The translations under genes and the position numbers were made by a program. 64,000 bases of DNA from a virus: the IMG/VR virus record IMGVR_UViG_3300027881_000011, positions 3,783 to 67,782 of that record, one strand, 5' to 3'. Positions 18,627 to 28,770 of the stretch are shown in pieces (position 1 is the stretch's first letter; every line of letters starts with the position of its first letter). The notes under the pieces were generated by a model. The model did not search any database. It was not told the origin of the DNA and saw only the letters and a list, made by a program, of their open reading frames with translations.

Positions 18627-19499
18627 ATGTCAACGACATCACCACTTCTTAAACTGACGCTTCAGGTTCTCGATGAGAACCCTGATACATGGGGCGACAT
18701 TGTTAATGTCAGCGCACTTCAGTTGCTTGAAGATGGCATTGCTGGTACGGCTGTAGTCTCGCTCACGGCAGCGACTGATTACACGCTGGATGACACCGCT
18801 GGTGGGCCAACAGAAACCGATGGCGCTCGCTACATGATCCTTGATGTTGCTGGTACGCCGGGTGGCGCAACCAACATCATCGTGCCCACGCGCAGCAAGA
18901 TTTACATTGCCGCGAACAACACGACCGATGCATCCGATATCGTTATCAAGACGGTGGCTGGTACCGGGCAGACGATACCGAACGGGACGGCACACTGGGT
19001 CTATTGTGATGGCACTGATGTGGTAGCGGTGAGCGTACTGAATGCAGTGACAGCTGACTCAGCAACGTCTGCTACCAACTCGAACCAGCTTGGCGGTGTG
19101 GATTCGACTGAACACGCACTGAAAGGTGTCGCACAGACTTTTACCAAGGGACAGGTAGTGTCGCGTGAGGCAGTGGTTCTTGATGTCTCTGACTTGGATA
19201 TTGACTGCTCACTGTCGAATGCTTTCTATCACCTGACGACCGCAACTTTCAATCTGACTGCGCCCACCAACGCAACAACCGGGCAGCAGTTCTCGTTGTT
19301 TGTCGAGCAGGGCTCTGGCGCTCCACACGGAATTACATTTCAGGCAGGCACGTTCATGTTTGAGGGCGGCACCGCGCCAGTACTATCAACGACATTCGGT
19401 GCTATCGATTACATGGCATTCGAGTACGTTACTGGGCTCAGCGATCTTGGTGGTAACCGCTGGGTTGGTTCAATCATCAAGGACGTGAGTACTGTTTAA
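18627..19499 (+). CDS. Tail fibre/needle-like protein
   Basis: DENPDTWGDIVN start; Thr/Gly-rich; C-terminal fibre-type domain. Confidence 0.6.
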   Translation: MSTTSPLLKLTLQVLDENPDTWGDIVNVSALQLLEDGIAGTAVVSLTAATDYTLDDTAGGPTETDGARYMILDVAGTPGGATNIIVPTRSKIYIAANNTTDASDIVIKTVAGTGQTIPNGTAHWVYCDGTDVVAVSVLNAVTADSATSATNSNQLGGVDSTEHALKGVAQTFTKGQVVSREAVVLDVSDLDIDCSLSNAFYHLTTATFNLTAPTNATTGQQFSLFVEQGSGAPHGITFQAGTFMFEGGTAPVLSTTFGAIDYMAFEYVTGLSDLGGNRWVGSIIKDVSTV

Positions 19500-20695
19500 T
19501 GTGGCGCATCCCACTCTCTCTCATAGCTGGTGGAACACAGCAAGCATTCACAATCACAAGCGATGAGCTGATAGGTAACCTGTGGGTGTGGATGGGCTCA
19601 CCGTCCGTGCCTGTGAACGTCACACTCACCATCGACAACGCTGACGTTGGCAATATCTACGTTCCGGCAGACTTTACCGCAGGCTCCACATTTCAGATCA
19701 CCTGCATTAACGGTGGTCGTGTGTTGGGTCTCGGTGGCGACGGTGGTGTCGGTGGTAATGATACTGGCGCGACCGGCACGGCTGGTGGCGGCGGAGACGA
19801 TGGTGGTGCTGCTATTTCCAGCGAAGGCTGGACTATCAACGTCGATGTCGATAATGGCTTCCTCTTCGGTGGTGGCTCGGGTGGTGGCGGTGGTGGCGCA
19901 GCTGATCGTGGGGCAACGGCTGATGCTGGCGGTGGCGGCGGTGGCGGACAGGGCTGGACAGGTGGCACTGGTGGCACTGGTGGCACTGGCAGTACGCCAT
20001 CAGCTGAGAACGGTGTGAATGGTCTTCGTTCTGCTTCCGGTGCAGGCGGTGGCGGTGGCGGTGTAACAGCCCCATTCCCTGATGGTGGTGCAGGTGGCAA
20101 CTGGGGAGAAGCAGGCGTTCGTGGGTATCACGATAGTGAGCAGCTGAGAGCTGGTGTTGCTGGCATAGCTGGCAATGCCTTTTTGCCGGTGAGTGGTGCT
20201 GCTGCAATCAACTACAACGGCTCCCTTACAGAAGCACAGTTACGCTCTACTGGTCGTTTGAAAGGTGAGACTGAAGGGCTCATCGTCTTGCACCCATTTC
20301 GCAATGCGTTTGCGTTCCATCCCAGCACATCAGCGATACTTGGCTGGCAGTGGGAAAATGATGGTCAGCTGGAGAAGCTCGACGGCATCGACGGCAGCGT
20401 TTTCCAAGACGGCTATTTCTGGCGCGATACGCTCAATGGCATCGGCATCGCGAACTTCGACAACACCATTTACGAAATCATACAGGACAGCGCGACTCGT
20501 GAAGGCACATGGGATGCGCAGTTCCCAACAGAGGATACGTATTACGCGCTTTCGACGGATCGTACTCTCAGCTTCACCACAGCAATCAATCAGGAAACAT
20601 CTCAGATGGTCAGGATTAGGCGCACCGCAGCCGCAGGTGGTGACGGTGGTGATCTGGCGATGGGCTATTACAAAGGGTGGAGAGAAACGGTTTGA
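19499..20695 (+). CDS. Gly-rich receptor-recognition/adhesin-like protein
   Basis: Extended polyglycine runs (GGGSGGGGGG, GGAGGNWG) like T-even gp38-type adhesins. Confidence 0.65.
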   Translation: MWRIPLSLIAGGTQQAFTITSDELIGNLWVWMGSPSVPVNVTLTIDNADVGNIYVPADFTAGSTFQITCINGGRVLGLGGDGGVGGNDTGATGTAGGGGDDGGAAISSEGWTINVDVDNGFLFGGGSGGGGGGAADRGATADAGGGGGGGQGWTGGTGGTGGTGSTPSAENGVNGLRSASGAGGGGGGVTAPFPDGGAGGNWGEAGVRGYHDSEQLRAGVAGIAGNAFLPVSGAAAINYNGSLTEAQLRSTGRLKGETEGLIVLHPFRNAFAFHPSTSAILGWQWENDGQLEKLDGIDGSVFQDGYFWRDTLNGIGIANFDNTIYEIIQDSATREGTWDAQFPTEDTYYALSTDRTLSFTTAINQETSQMVRIRRTAAAGGDGGDLAMGYYKGWRETV

Positions 20696-23187
20696 CCGTC
20701 AAACAGATATTTCAGCTTCCTATTGGTCCGGGCCAATACACCGAAGAGTCCGAACGTGGCGCTGTGGGCAAATGGTTCTCCATGGACAAGGTGCGCTTCA
20801 GGAAGGGGCTCGCTGAAAAGATCGGTGGCTGGGTCAGGCTGGAGCCACAATTTCTTGGCACTTGCCGTCGTCTGAAGGATTGGTCGTCACTGGATGCCAA
20901 GCGTTGGTCAGCTGTCGCAACCGACACCAAGCTGTACGTGTGGCAGGACGGCACTCTGTACGATATAACGCCTGTCAGGCGCTCTGAGACGCTGGTAGCG
21001 CCCTTCCAGACATTTACCGGGGAAACCCGCGTGCGGGTGACGGATGTCAACCATGGGGCGCAGGGTGGTGACTACGTGCGCTTTGCGGACGCCATCGTTG
21101 GTGGCGCTTCGGGCATCACGGTGGATGGTGAATACCAAATTGATACGATCATCGATCCCGACACTTACGAGATCACCGATGACGAGACCGCAGCAACGGG
21201 CGGTGCAGGAGAGGGCGGCACAGCCGTACAGGTCGAATACGATATCTCGGCAGGAGCAGAAAGCGCAGTTGTAGCAGCAGGCTATGGCACTGGTCCATAC
21301 GGCAGGGAAGGCTGGGGTAATGCACGTACTGGATCGACGTTGGTGTTGGGCATTCGCACATGGTCACTGGACACATGGGGCGAGGACTTGCTGGCCTGTC
21401 CGAGAGGTGGGGCTATCTACTGGTGGGATCGCTCGAAGGGCACAGGCACGCGAGCCACGGCTTTGGGTGGCGATGCACCACCGAACAATGAGTACATGTT
21501 GGTGTCACAGCGAGATCGACACGTGTTTGCTCTGGGTGCGTTTGACTTCTTCAACGACGCATTCGATCCGATGCTGATCCGTTGGTGTTCCACTGAAGAC
21601 CTGAATGACTGGGTGCCCACCAGCACGAACACATCAGGTGATTTACGCTTGTACTCAGGCTCGAAGATCGTCGCTGGTGTGCGGTCACGGTTGGAGTCTG
21701 TCATCTTCACTGATGTCAGTGTGCATACGCTGCCGTTCCTTGGTGGCTTCGCAGTGTTCGGTCTCAACATCGTGGGCGAGAATGTTTCGATCCTTGGACC
21801 AAACTGTGCTGTACCCATCGATCATCGTGTGTTGTTCATGGCTGAGTCTGACTTCTATATGTATGACGGTGTGGTCAAGGTGGTGAAGTGCGATGTCAGG
21901 AATTTCGTGTACGACAATCTCAACGTGGTACAACGTGACAAGATTTACGGTGGGCTGAATCGCGAGTTCAACGAAGTGTGGTGGTTCTACCCATCGTTCG
22001 ATCCAGACGCATGGGTGCAACAGGACTTCTCACTTGGTCTGCCGACAGGGTACTCGTTGGCAGCCGCATCAGGTGGTGGCGCGATTGGTTACACCTACGT
22101 ATTCAACTCAGGTGGCTGGACCGAGGTCGAGAACACTGCAAGCAACGGCTACGAGTATGACTTCTCCCTGACCAACGATGAGCCCATCATCACACCACTG
22201 GAGAGCGAGTACGCAGTCGAATTCGCATTCAACGGTATCGGTGGAGCTGCAACCCGGTGGGGTGGTTTGGTGTTCTTGCGTACAGAGATCACAGGGACGC
22301 CAGACACAACTTCAGATGATGCTCAGGGCATCTATATCGAGGCTGACTTCTTTACCGATACCATTCGCGTCCGAAGGAAGAACGCGACTGGCGTGAAGAG
22401 CGTCATGGACAATGATCCGGGCACTGACACCTTCACATCTGTGCTTGGTTCGGTAGCAGCACAGGACACGAAGTACATCATCACGGTGCAGTTCGATACA
22501 CCAACGATCACTGTGTGGCTTAACGGGATTCAGGTATGGCAGTTCGACCTGTCATCTGCTGAGCTGTTGCTATACACAAGCGGCTCTGCTGGTCTTCATG
22601 TAGAAGAGGCAGCCACCATCGAGGACGAGTTCAAGTTCTACAATTTTGCAACCGGACCAGTGGGGGTAATTACTGCAACTGATTTCGATATCAGCCCCAT
22701 TGAGGTCAATCGATACGTGGCACTGAACTATGAAGAGGGATCGTGGATCACCGGGAAGCTGGCAAGAACCGCATGGGCTGATCGCTCACCCCTGCTTGAG
22801 AAAGCATATGCAGCAGGCACAGACGGTTACCTGTATAAGCACGAAACAGGCACAGACGATAACGGCGCAGCGATGGCAGCATTCACTGAGTCCTTCGATA
22901 TGGAAATACCCACCGCTGGAGAAAGTTTGATGCATGTTGACCAGCTGATTCCTGACTTCCTCACGCTGGAAGGATCGGTCACGGTCAACCTGACAGGACG
23001 TAAATATCCGCAAGACCCGAACCGCATCAGCAAAGGTCCGTACACGGTTCAAAACGGTACGAGAAAAATATCAACACGCATGAGGGCGCGTCAGGTAGCG
23101 CTGCGTATTTCATCGAGCGATACCGGCGACAAGTGGCGCATGGGTCACTGGAGAGCAAGAGCAGGGGCGCACGGTAAACGCGGATGA
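20692..23187 (+). CDS. Tail nozzle / P22 gp10-like stabilisation protein with internal insertion
   Basis: DKVRFRKGLAEKIGGW, WSLDTWGEDL, DPMLIRWC, EVWWFYPS, LARTAW, RARQ motifs. Start set at TTG 20692 (GGAG RBS, TTGA overlap). Confidence 0.75.
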   Translation: MTVKQIFQLPIGPGQYTEESERGAVGKWFSMDKVRFRKGLAEKIGGWVRLEPQFLGTCRRLKDWSSLDAKRWSAVATDTKLYVWQDGTLYDITPVRRSETLVAPFQTFTGETRVRVTDVNHGAQGGDYVRFADAIVGGASGITVDGEYQIDTIIDPDTYEITDDETAATGGAGEGGTAVQVEYDISAGAESAVVAAGYGTGPYGREGWGNARTGSTLVLGIRTWSLDTWGEDLLACPRGGAIYWWDRSKGTGTRATALGGDAPPNNEYMLVSQRDRHVFALGAFDFFNDAFDPMLIRWCSTEDLNDWVPTSTNTSGDLRLYSGSKIVAGVRSRLESVIFTDVSVHTLPFLGGFAVFGLNIVGENVSILGPNCAVPIDHRVLFMAESDFYMYDGVVKVVKCDVRNFVYDNLNVVQRDKIYGGLNREFNEVWWFYPSFDPDAWVQQDFSLGLPTGYSLAAASGGGAIGYTYVFNSGGWTEVENTASNGYEYDFSLTNDEPIITPLESEYAVEFAFNGIGGAATRWGGLVFLRTEITGTPDTTSDDAQGIYIEADFFTDTIRVRRKNATGVKSVMDNDPGTDTFTSVLGSVAAQDTKYIITVQFDTPTITVWLNGIQVWQFDLSSAELLLYTSGSAGLHVEEAATIEDEFKFYNFATGPVGVITATDFDISPIEVNRYVALNYEEGSWITGKLARTAWADRSPLLEKAYAAGTDGYLYKHETGTDDNGAAMAAFTESFDMEIPTAGESLMHVDQLIPDFLTLEGSVTVNLTGRKYPQDPNRISKGPYTVQNGTRKISTRMRARQVALRISSSDTGDKWRMGHWRARAGAHGKRG

Positions 23188-26123
23188 CAAAGGTTGTTTT
23201 ACCAGCATTTGGCGGCGAAATATTCTCTGCGCAGGAGATGCGACAGCTCGTGTCTGCGTTGGAGCTGCGCTTCCAATCGATTGAGCAGGAAAGCACCTCG
23301 TTATTTGACACTGGTGATAGCAACGATCTCGACAATCGTTACTCCCAGCTTGGTCATGTCCACACTGAATCGGAGATCACTGATCTTCAGAATTACCTGA
23401 CGAACATCGAGAGCGAATCGATCTTTGATCTCAGTGACGTAACCGGTACGCCACAAGATAACTGGGTGTTGGTTTGGGACAATACTCAGAGTGCGTTCGT
23501 TGTGCAGTCACCGGGTGCCGCAGCTGCTGTGGCGCTTAATGACCTGTCTGATGTCAGCGTGCCAGTACCGAATGATGAAGACGTGCTGTCGTTCGATCAG
23601 GGCTCAGGGCAGTGGGTAGCATCAGCTATCGCGAGCGGTGGCGTGAATACGCTGGTTGATCTGCTCGATACCGACCTTTCTGGGCAACTGCAATATGACC
23701 TGCTATTCAATGCAGACAGCAGTGAGTGGCAACCCACTGGTCAGGCGTTCCAGTGGTTCCCCGGACAGTACATTCAGCTTGGCAATGACATAGCCGTTAA
23801 TTGGTATGACTCTGTTGCTTCCAGTACAGAGCTGCTGAATTTCAGCAGCATTTTTGTTGGTGGTACTCCTACTCCAGACCCTGACATTGGTAGCGTCACC
23901 CTGCTTGTAAGCGCCGAGACGGCGAATGTTAGCAGCGGAAGTTTTACCGCTGATATTGGTGGCGTAGGCTGGACCTTTAGCGGCACTCCCACTTCGGGCG
24001 TTGAGCAGGGCCACATATCAGATGTCAGTTTCAAGCATGGCTCACGGTCTGTCTATGTCTTAGGCGCGACTGGCCCCACGTTTGAAGGTCTCGTTGGTCC
24101 AGCGGCTAACTCTACAGAAGCAGCCGTATTTTTCCCCATTGGCCTGCAAGAGTTCACAATCGAGTTTTGGATTGATCCGAGCACTGAAAATACAGAACTG
24201 AATCCAGACGGCAGGTGGGCTAACCCGAAGGAAATTCTCTCGTCGCTTAACACCCAGAATCCGGGTGCGCAACAGATACATATTGAGATCGCGGCAGATG
24301 GCGATTTGAATTTTTATACGCCGATCAGCACTGGTCGTGATGTTACTTTTGCTCAGGTGCCGAATGGTCTCGGTACGACCGGCACAGATTGGATGCTTGA
24401 AGGCTGGACTCACTGGGCAATCACTCGTGAGTCTGATGGTGAATTCCGCGCGTGGTGCCAAGGTGTTTTACAGGGAACCACTGGAATTGGCTTACATCCA
24501 AGCAGGTCAACTCTCAGTCTCGTTCAACCGACCAACGCGCAGACGGTTAATTTTGGTTGCGCCCAAAGGAACGGTGCGGTGCCTAACGGTGGAGCGTCAT
24601 CGGGATACATTGATGACATTCGCATTACTATGGGTGTGGCTCGCTACACCACAGCGGGGGGCAGCTTCACGCCGCCCGGTCCTCTCGATGGAACGGTTGG
24701 CGACGAGGGTTTTATTGTTGGTGATCCGGGGTACATAACTCAGATCGACGGCACGACCACGACCATCACTGGTGCAGCGCAACTCGATACCACGCTCAAC
24801 GTCGATGGCACCCTGACGGTTGCCGGTGTCAGCACGCTCAACAACAACACCGACATCGATGGCACGCTGGGCGTTAGTGGCATCAGCACGCTCAGCAACG
24901 ACCTTGTACTGACCACAACGCTCGATGATGCAACCGGCGATGAGGTTGCATTCGCGCTGACTTACACAACGAACAAGGCAACATCTGGAGCTGACACAGG
25001 CTTCCAGATGACCATGGTTGATACGTTGAGTCCGGGCACATCACTGTTCGCAGAGTACATTCTTGGTGTAACAACGCTGTTCGACTGGGGTATTGACGGC
25101 ACGTTCACTCACCACGATGCCAGTAGCGCGGATACGGTGACGTGGGGGCACAGTGGCGTGGACTACACCACCGTGCTTGTTGGCACCGATGACTGGAGCA
25201 TAAGCGGCGCTCAACGATACGTATGGGATGAAGACATACTCGTCACCGCTGGTGGGTTCGTAACAACAGGTTCTCTCGAAGCAATGGGCTCAGTCGGTCT
25301 GTCAGGGTTCCTTGACGCGCAATCCACGTATGCTCGTGTAGGTGCTTACAACTGGACAGCAGTAGAGTACGACGATCTTCGCATCTATGGTGAGAACATC
25401 GATCTGTACACAAGCGCTGCCGGTACGACAAATGCAATGACAGTATCCAGTACGCTCATAACGAACAAACTGGATACGGACATAGCCAGCGGCTCTGTTT
25501 TCCGCATCTTTGATTCAACGAACACAGACAGCGCAGCATTCTCGCATGACGATGTTGACTTCAACACTGACTTCACCACCACAGCTAATTGGAATGTTAC
25601 CGGTATTACTGCCATAGATGTTACTGGTGCGGTGAGAGCAAACGATGCGGCTGGACCTACCATGCTCAATGAAGCTGCGACATCGGTCAACCCTACGCTA
25701 ATTCCGAACAGGGCGAACGAGTCTACTGGCATTGGTTGGGCGGCCACAGACCAGCTGAGCATGATCGCTGGTGATATAGAAGCGATTCGTTACTCAGAGG
25801 CGTCCAGTCATGTTCTCGCTGATTCTCAAGTTCATACTGGTATCACCGCTGGCACAACGCAGACACAGGCCGATGGCTTCCAGTTACTGTCATCGCACAA
25901 CGAAGTGGCGACAGTCGCAACCACCAACGATACTGTAGTTGCACCACTCGCGGTTACTGGCAGAATTCTCACCATCTTGAACAACGGGGCTAACACCATG
26001 CAAATTTTCCCGGCAGTCGGAGATGATCTGGGGGCTGGGGTGGACACGGTAATTACCTTGGCAGCGGCTGGTAAGCTATGGTTCGTTGCTTATGATGCGA
26101 CCACGTGGACACAATTCGTGTAA
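23184..26123 (+). CDS. Tail fibre with LamG/ConA-like domain
   Basis: HVHTESEITDL, repeated LxDLSDV motifs, EFTIEFWI...WTHWAITR...GYIDDIRITMGVARYT. Confidence 0.75.
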   Translation: MTKVVLPAFGGEIFSAQEMRQLVSALELRFQSIEQESTSLFDTGDSNDLDNRYSQLGHVHTESEITDLQNYLTNIESESIFDLSDVTGTPQDNWVLVWDNTQSAFVVQSPGAAAAVALNDLSDVSVPVPNDEDVLSFDQGSGQWVASAIASGGVNTLVDLLDTDLSGQLQYDLLFNADSSEWQPTGQAFQWFPGQYIQLGNDIAVNWYDSVASSTELLNFSSIFVGGTPTPDPDIGSVTLLVSAETANVSSGSFTADIGGVGWTFSGTPTSGVEQGHISDVSFKHGSRSVYVLGATGPTFEGLVGPAANSTEAAVFFPIGLQEFTIEFWIDPSTENTELNPDGRWANPKEILSSLNTQNPGAQQIHIEIAADGDLNFYTPISTGRDVTFAQVPNGLGTTGTDWMLEGWTHWAITRESDGEFRAWCQGVLQGTTGIGLHPSRSTLSLVQPTNAQTVNFGCAQRNGAVPNGGASSGYIDDIRITMGVARYTTAGGSFTPPGPLDGTVGDEGFIVGDPGYITQIDGTTTTITGAAQLDTTLNVDGTLTVAGVSTLNNNTDIDGTLGVSGISTLSNDLVLTTTLDDATGDEVAFALTYTTNKATSGADTGFQMTMVDTLSPGTSLFAEYILGVTTLFDWGIDGTFTHHDASSADTVTWGHSGVDYTTVLVGTDDWSISGAQRYVWDEDILVTAGGFVTTGSLEAMGSVGLSGFLDAQSTYARVGAYNWTAVEYDDLRIYGENIDLYTSAAGTTNAMTVSSTLITNKLDTDIASGSVFRIFDSTNTDSAAFSHDDVDFNTDFTTTANWNVTGITAIDVTGAVRANDAAGPTMLNEAATSVNPTLIPNRANESTGIGWAATDQLSMIAGDIEAIRYSEASSHVLADSQVHTGITAGTTQTQADGFQLLSSHNEVATVATTNDTVVAPLAVTGRILTILNNGANTMQIFPAVGDDLGAGVDTVITLAAAGKLWFVAYDATTWTQFV

Positions 26124-26134
26124 GGAGAGGGACT

Positions 26135-26254
26135 ATGTTGTGGATAGGATTTTTTGTCGGAGCAGCTGTCGTTATGATGCTGCCGCCGAAGTACGAGGAC
26201 TGGCTACGCCAGTGGATTATCACACAGTGGCAAAAAGTTACGAAGAAGGGGTAA
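26135..26254 (+). CDS. 39-aa membrane microprotein (absent from ORF track)
   Basis: AAGGAGAGG RBS, ATG 26135, MLWIGFFVGAAVVMMLPPKYEDWLRQWIITQWQKVTKKG, stop 1 nt before the next ATG. Confidence 0.6.
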   Translation: MLWIGFFVGAAVVMMLPPKYEDWLRQWIITQWQKVTKKG

Positions 26255-26255
26255 A

Positions 26256-26762
26256 ATGACGACGATCAAGATCAGACCGGCTAAACCCTTGGACACGTCG
26301 AATCTGGTACGGCTGCTCACAGCCGCCCACGACGAAGCAGGCGTTTACCCACCAGTCGATCAGCACATGGGCCTTAATTGGATTACTCGGACCCTCGTGG
26401 AAGGCTACGTCATCGTAGCTGATGTGTCCGGCAGGCTGGTGGGAACACTGGCTCTTACCAATTATCATTTCCCATGGTCGCCAGAACAATACATGTATCT
26501 GGAATGGCTGTACGTGCAGAAGAAATTCCGCAAGGGTGGGGCGTTTGACGCATTGATCAAGGGCTGCCATGCGTTCGCTGACAGTCACGGCGCACCGATC
26601 CTTGCTGGCGTATCTGCTGGCGACAAAGATGTCTTCTTGAAAGACCGCTTATTCCAGACTCAGGGTTATCACTACATTGGTGGTGACTTCATCAGGAGTA
26701 GACGTAGTGGGCAGCAAAGAGAAGAAACAGACCCAGACTTACACGCCGCCATCGTGGGTTGA
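26256..26762 (+). CDS. GNAT acetyltransferase-like protein
   Basis: IRPAKPLD, LVGTLAL, EWLYVQKKFRKGG acetyl-CoA loop; located before ejection genes. Confidence 0.8.
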   Translation: MTTIKIRPAKPLDTSNLVRLLTAAHDEAGVYPPVDQHMGLNWITRTLVEGYVIVADVSGRLVGTLALTNYHFPWSPEQYMYLEWLYVQKKFRKGGAFDALIKGCHAFADSHGAPILAGVSAGDKDVFLKDRLFQTQGYHYIGGDFIRSRRSGQQREETDPDLHAAIVG

Positions 26763-27597
26763 GGGAACAGCACAGCAAGCGGTTGGAGTAGCCGGTCGTA
26801 TTGCGAGTCAGGAGTACACGCCTTACGAAGGTGAGCGTGTCGCTGGTTTGTCTGAGAACGAACAGTTAGGTATGACGATGGCTCGTGATACCGCTGGTGC
26901 GGCGCAGCCATACTACGAAGAAGCGGCTGGTCTTACGCGGCGTGGGTCGCAGCAGTTCCGTGATGCTGACATGTCTGAGTACATGAACCCGTACATCAAG
27001 AATGCACTTGATCCTGCTGCTCGTGAGATACGTCAAACAGGCGCGTTAATGGAACAAGACATCGAGGGCAGGGCAGCTTCGATGGACGCCTTCAGCGGCA
27101 GACGCTCTGCATTGGCTGTTGCAGACACGAAAGAGAAGACGCTTCAGGAAGTCAGCGACCTGTATGGCGAAGGGTATGCGAAGGCATACGACAGCGCTAC
27201 CAGCATCTGGGGTAGCGAACGCACGCGAGACCTGATGGCCGCTGGCAGGATTCAGGACATCGGCACATCAGTGTCGCAAGCCAACAAGACAGACATCTCA
27301 ACCCTCATGACTACTGGTGCCACTGATCGTGGTATTCAGCAGGCCATGATGGACTTCGACTATCAGCAATTTGTAGAGAACAGAGACTGGGACTTTCGCA
27401 GTCTCGGCGCTTTGATTGCGGCGCTGGAAGGCACCAAGGGCTCCTACTCGACCACGCAGACCACTACCGAAGAAACGAGTGGTGGTGAATTCGCACAGGC
27501 GATTGGTTTGGCCGCGACGCTGATCGGAACTTTCTATAACCCAGCTGGAACTGTTGCGAAAACGGTGGCAGAAACAGCTGGCGACGACAAGGGGTAA
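26707..27597 (+). CDS. DNA ejection/internal virion protein
   Basis: GTG start after AGGAG; YTPYEGERVAGLS, YMNPY, QQAMMDFDYQQF motifs. Confidence 0.65.
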   Translation: MGSKEKKQTQTYTPPSWVEGTAQQAVGVAGRIASQEYTPYEGERVAGLSENEQLGMTMARDTAGAAQPYYEEAAGLTRRGSQQFRDADMSEYMNPYIKNALDPAAREIRQTGALMEQDIEGRAASMDAFSGRRSALAVADTKEKTLQEVSDLYGEGYAKAYDSATSIWGSERTRDLMAAGRIQDIGTSVSQANKTDISTLMTTGATDRGIQQAMMDFDYQQFVENRDWDFRSLGALIAALEGTKGSYSTTQTTTEETSGGEFAQAIGLAATLIGTFYNPAGTVAKTVAETAGDDKG

Positions 27598-27600
27598 CAC

Positions 27601-28761
27601 ATGGCCGCTCTTGATGAAAAAACCACAGACACGGACCCGCTAACGGGTCAACCAATCGCTGTACAGGGCAGCGGTCTTGCCAATGCCCCAGCAACTTCAA
27701 CTTCGGCTCCACTGCCACCCGGTACAAACGCAGATGTTACGGGCGCACCCCTGTCCCAAAACGGAACGCAACCGCCGCAGGGCGGTGGGGCCGAACCTTC
27801 TGGTCAGGGAGCCCCTGACACATTAAAGGATCGAGGTGATCCCAATACAGCCATGCGACGCAAATGGCAAGAGAACGCAGCAGAACTTGTTGAGATGCAG
27901 GAACAAGCCCTGACCAGAATGCAGAACGCATGGAAAGACCCTGTATCGAAAGCACAGGGTCAGGTCATGACGGAGAACATGAAGGCACAGGGCGCTGATC
28001 CAACCAAGGCGGCAGAGCAAAGTCTGGAGATGGCCGAGACGAACATCGACCGCTCCGTCGAAGACAAAGGGATGACGAAGAAGATGGGCGCAAAGCTGAA
28101 GAAGCGCTTGCGTAAAGTCTACGACACGATCCCAGAAGATCAGATGGGCATGTTCCTGATCGACTTCGGACTGCGCGCCATGATGGCTGGCGAGACCATG
28201 GGCAGTATGGGCGCTCTCGGTGCGGCAGGCAGTGGCGCGATGGGTGCCATGCAGGGTCGTCAGCGGCAGGAGAAGACAGATCGGCTGTCAATGGAACAGG
28301 CCGCTCAGGCAGAAGGCAGGGAGCAATTTGGTGCTTTGTCTGATCGAACAAGGGCTGATGCTGCAATGATGACAGCGGAAGCACAACGTGATCGTGCTGG
28401 TCGAGTCAATCGGTTCAAAGACGAAGTGATGATTGATTTCTATCGTAAGCAAGGTTGGAGCGAAGAAGAGATCACAGCGGAAATATCTGGCGCTCAAACA
28501 GCTCAACAGATGTATGACGTATATGCCCCAGCGTTCGACAAAATACGCTCTGCGATCAAGGCTGATCCACCAATGATTCCTTCTCAGATTCAGTATGTCG
28601 AGGTTGGTGGTGAGAAAGTTGCCATTCATGAGATGGATGAAGGACAGGTTGCTGCATACATCGGAGAGGTTGTGGAACAGCGCATGGCAGCACGTGGCGC
28701 GCTTGGCAAGGAAAATGCGTTGTCGAAGAGTGGGCAAGACTACATAAACGAAGCAACTTGA
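27601..28761 (+). CDS. Putative ejection protein
   Basis: Ala/Gln/Met-rich helical protein with a Gly/Ala hydrophobic stretch, between ejection gene and giant gene. Confidence 0.55.
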   Translation: MAALDEKTTDTDPLTGQPIAVQGSGLANAPATSTSAPLPPGTNADVTGAPLSQNGTQPPQGGGAEPSGQGAPDTLKDRGDPNTAMRRKWQENAAELVEMQEQALTRMQNAWKDPVSKAQGQVMTENMKAQGADPTKAAEQSLEMAETNIDRSVEDKGMTKKMGAKLKKRLRKVYDTIPEDQMGMFLIDFGLRAMMAGETMGSMGALGAAGSGAMGAMQGRQRQEKTDRLSMEQAAQAEGREQFGALSDRTRADAAMMTAEAQRDRAGRVNRFKDEVMIDFYRKQGWSEEEITAEISGAQTAQQMYDVYAPAFDKIRSAIKADPPMIPSQIQYVEVGGEKVAIHEMDEGQVAAYIGEVVEQRMAARGALGKENALSKSGQDYINEAT

Positions 28762-28770
28762 GAGTAAACA

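Noticed and set aside
19730-20110. GGT/GGC tandem repeats
   Set aside because: Explained by polyglycine coding in the adhesin-like gene.
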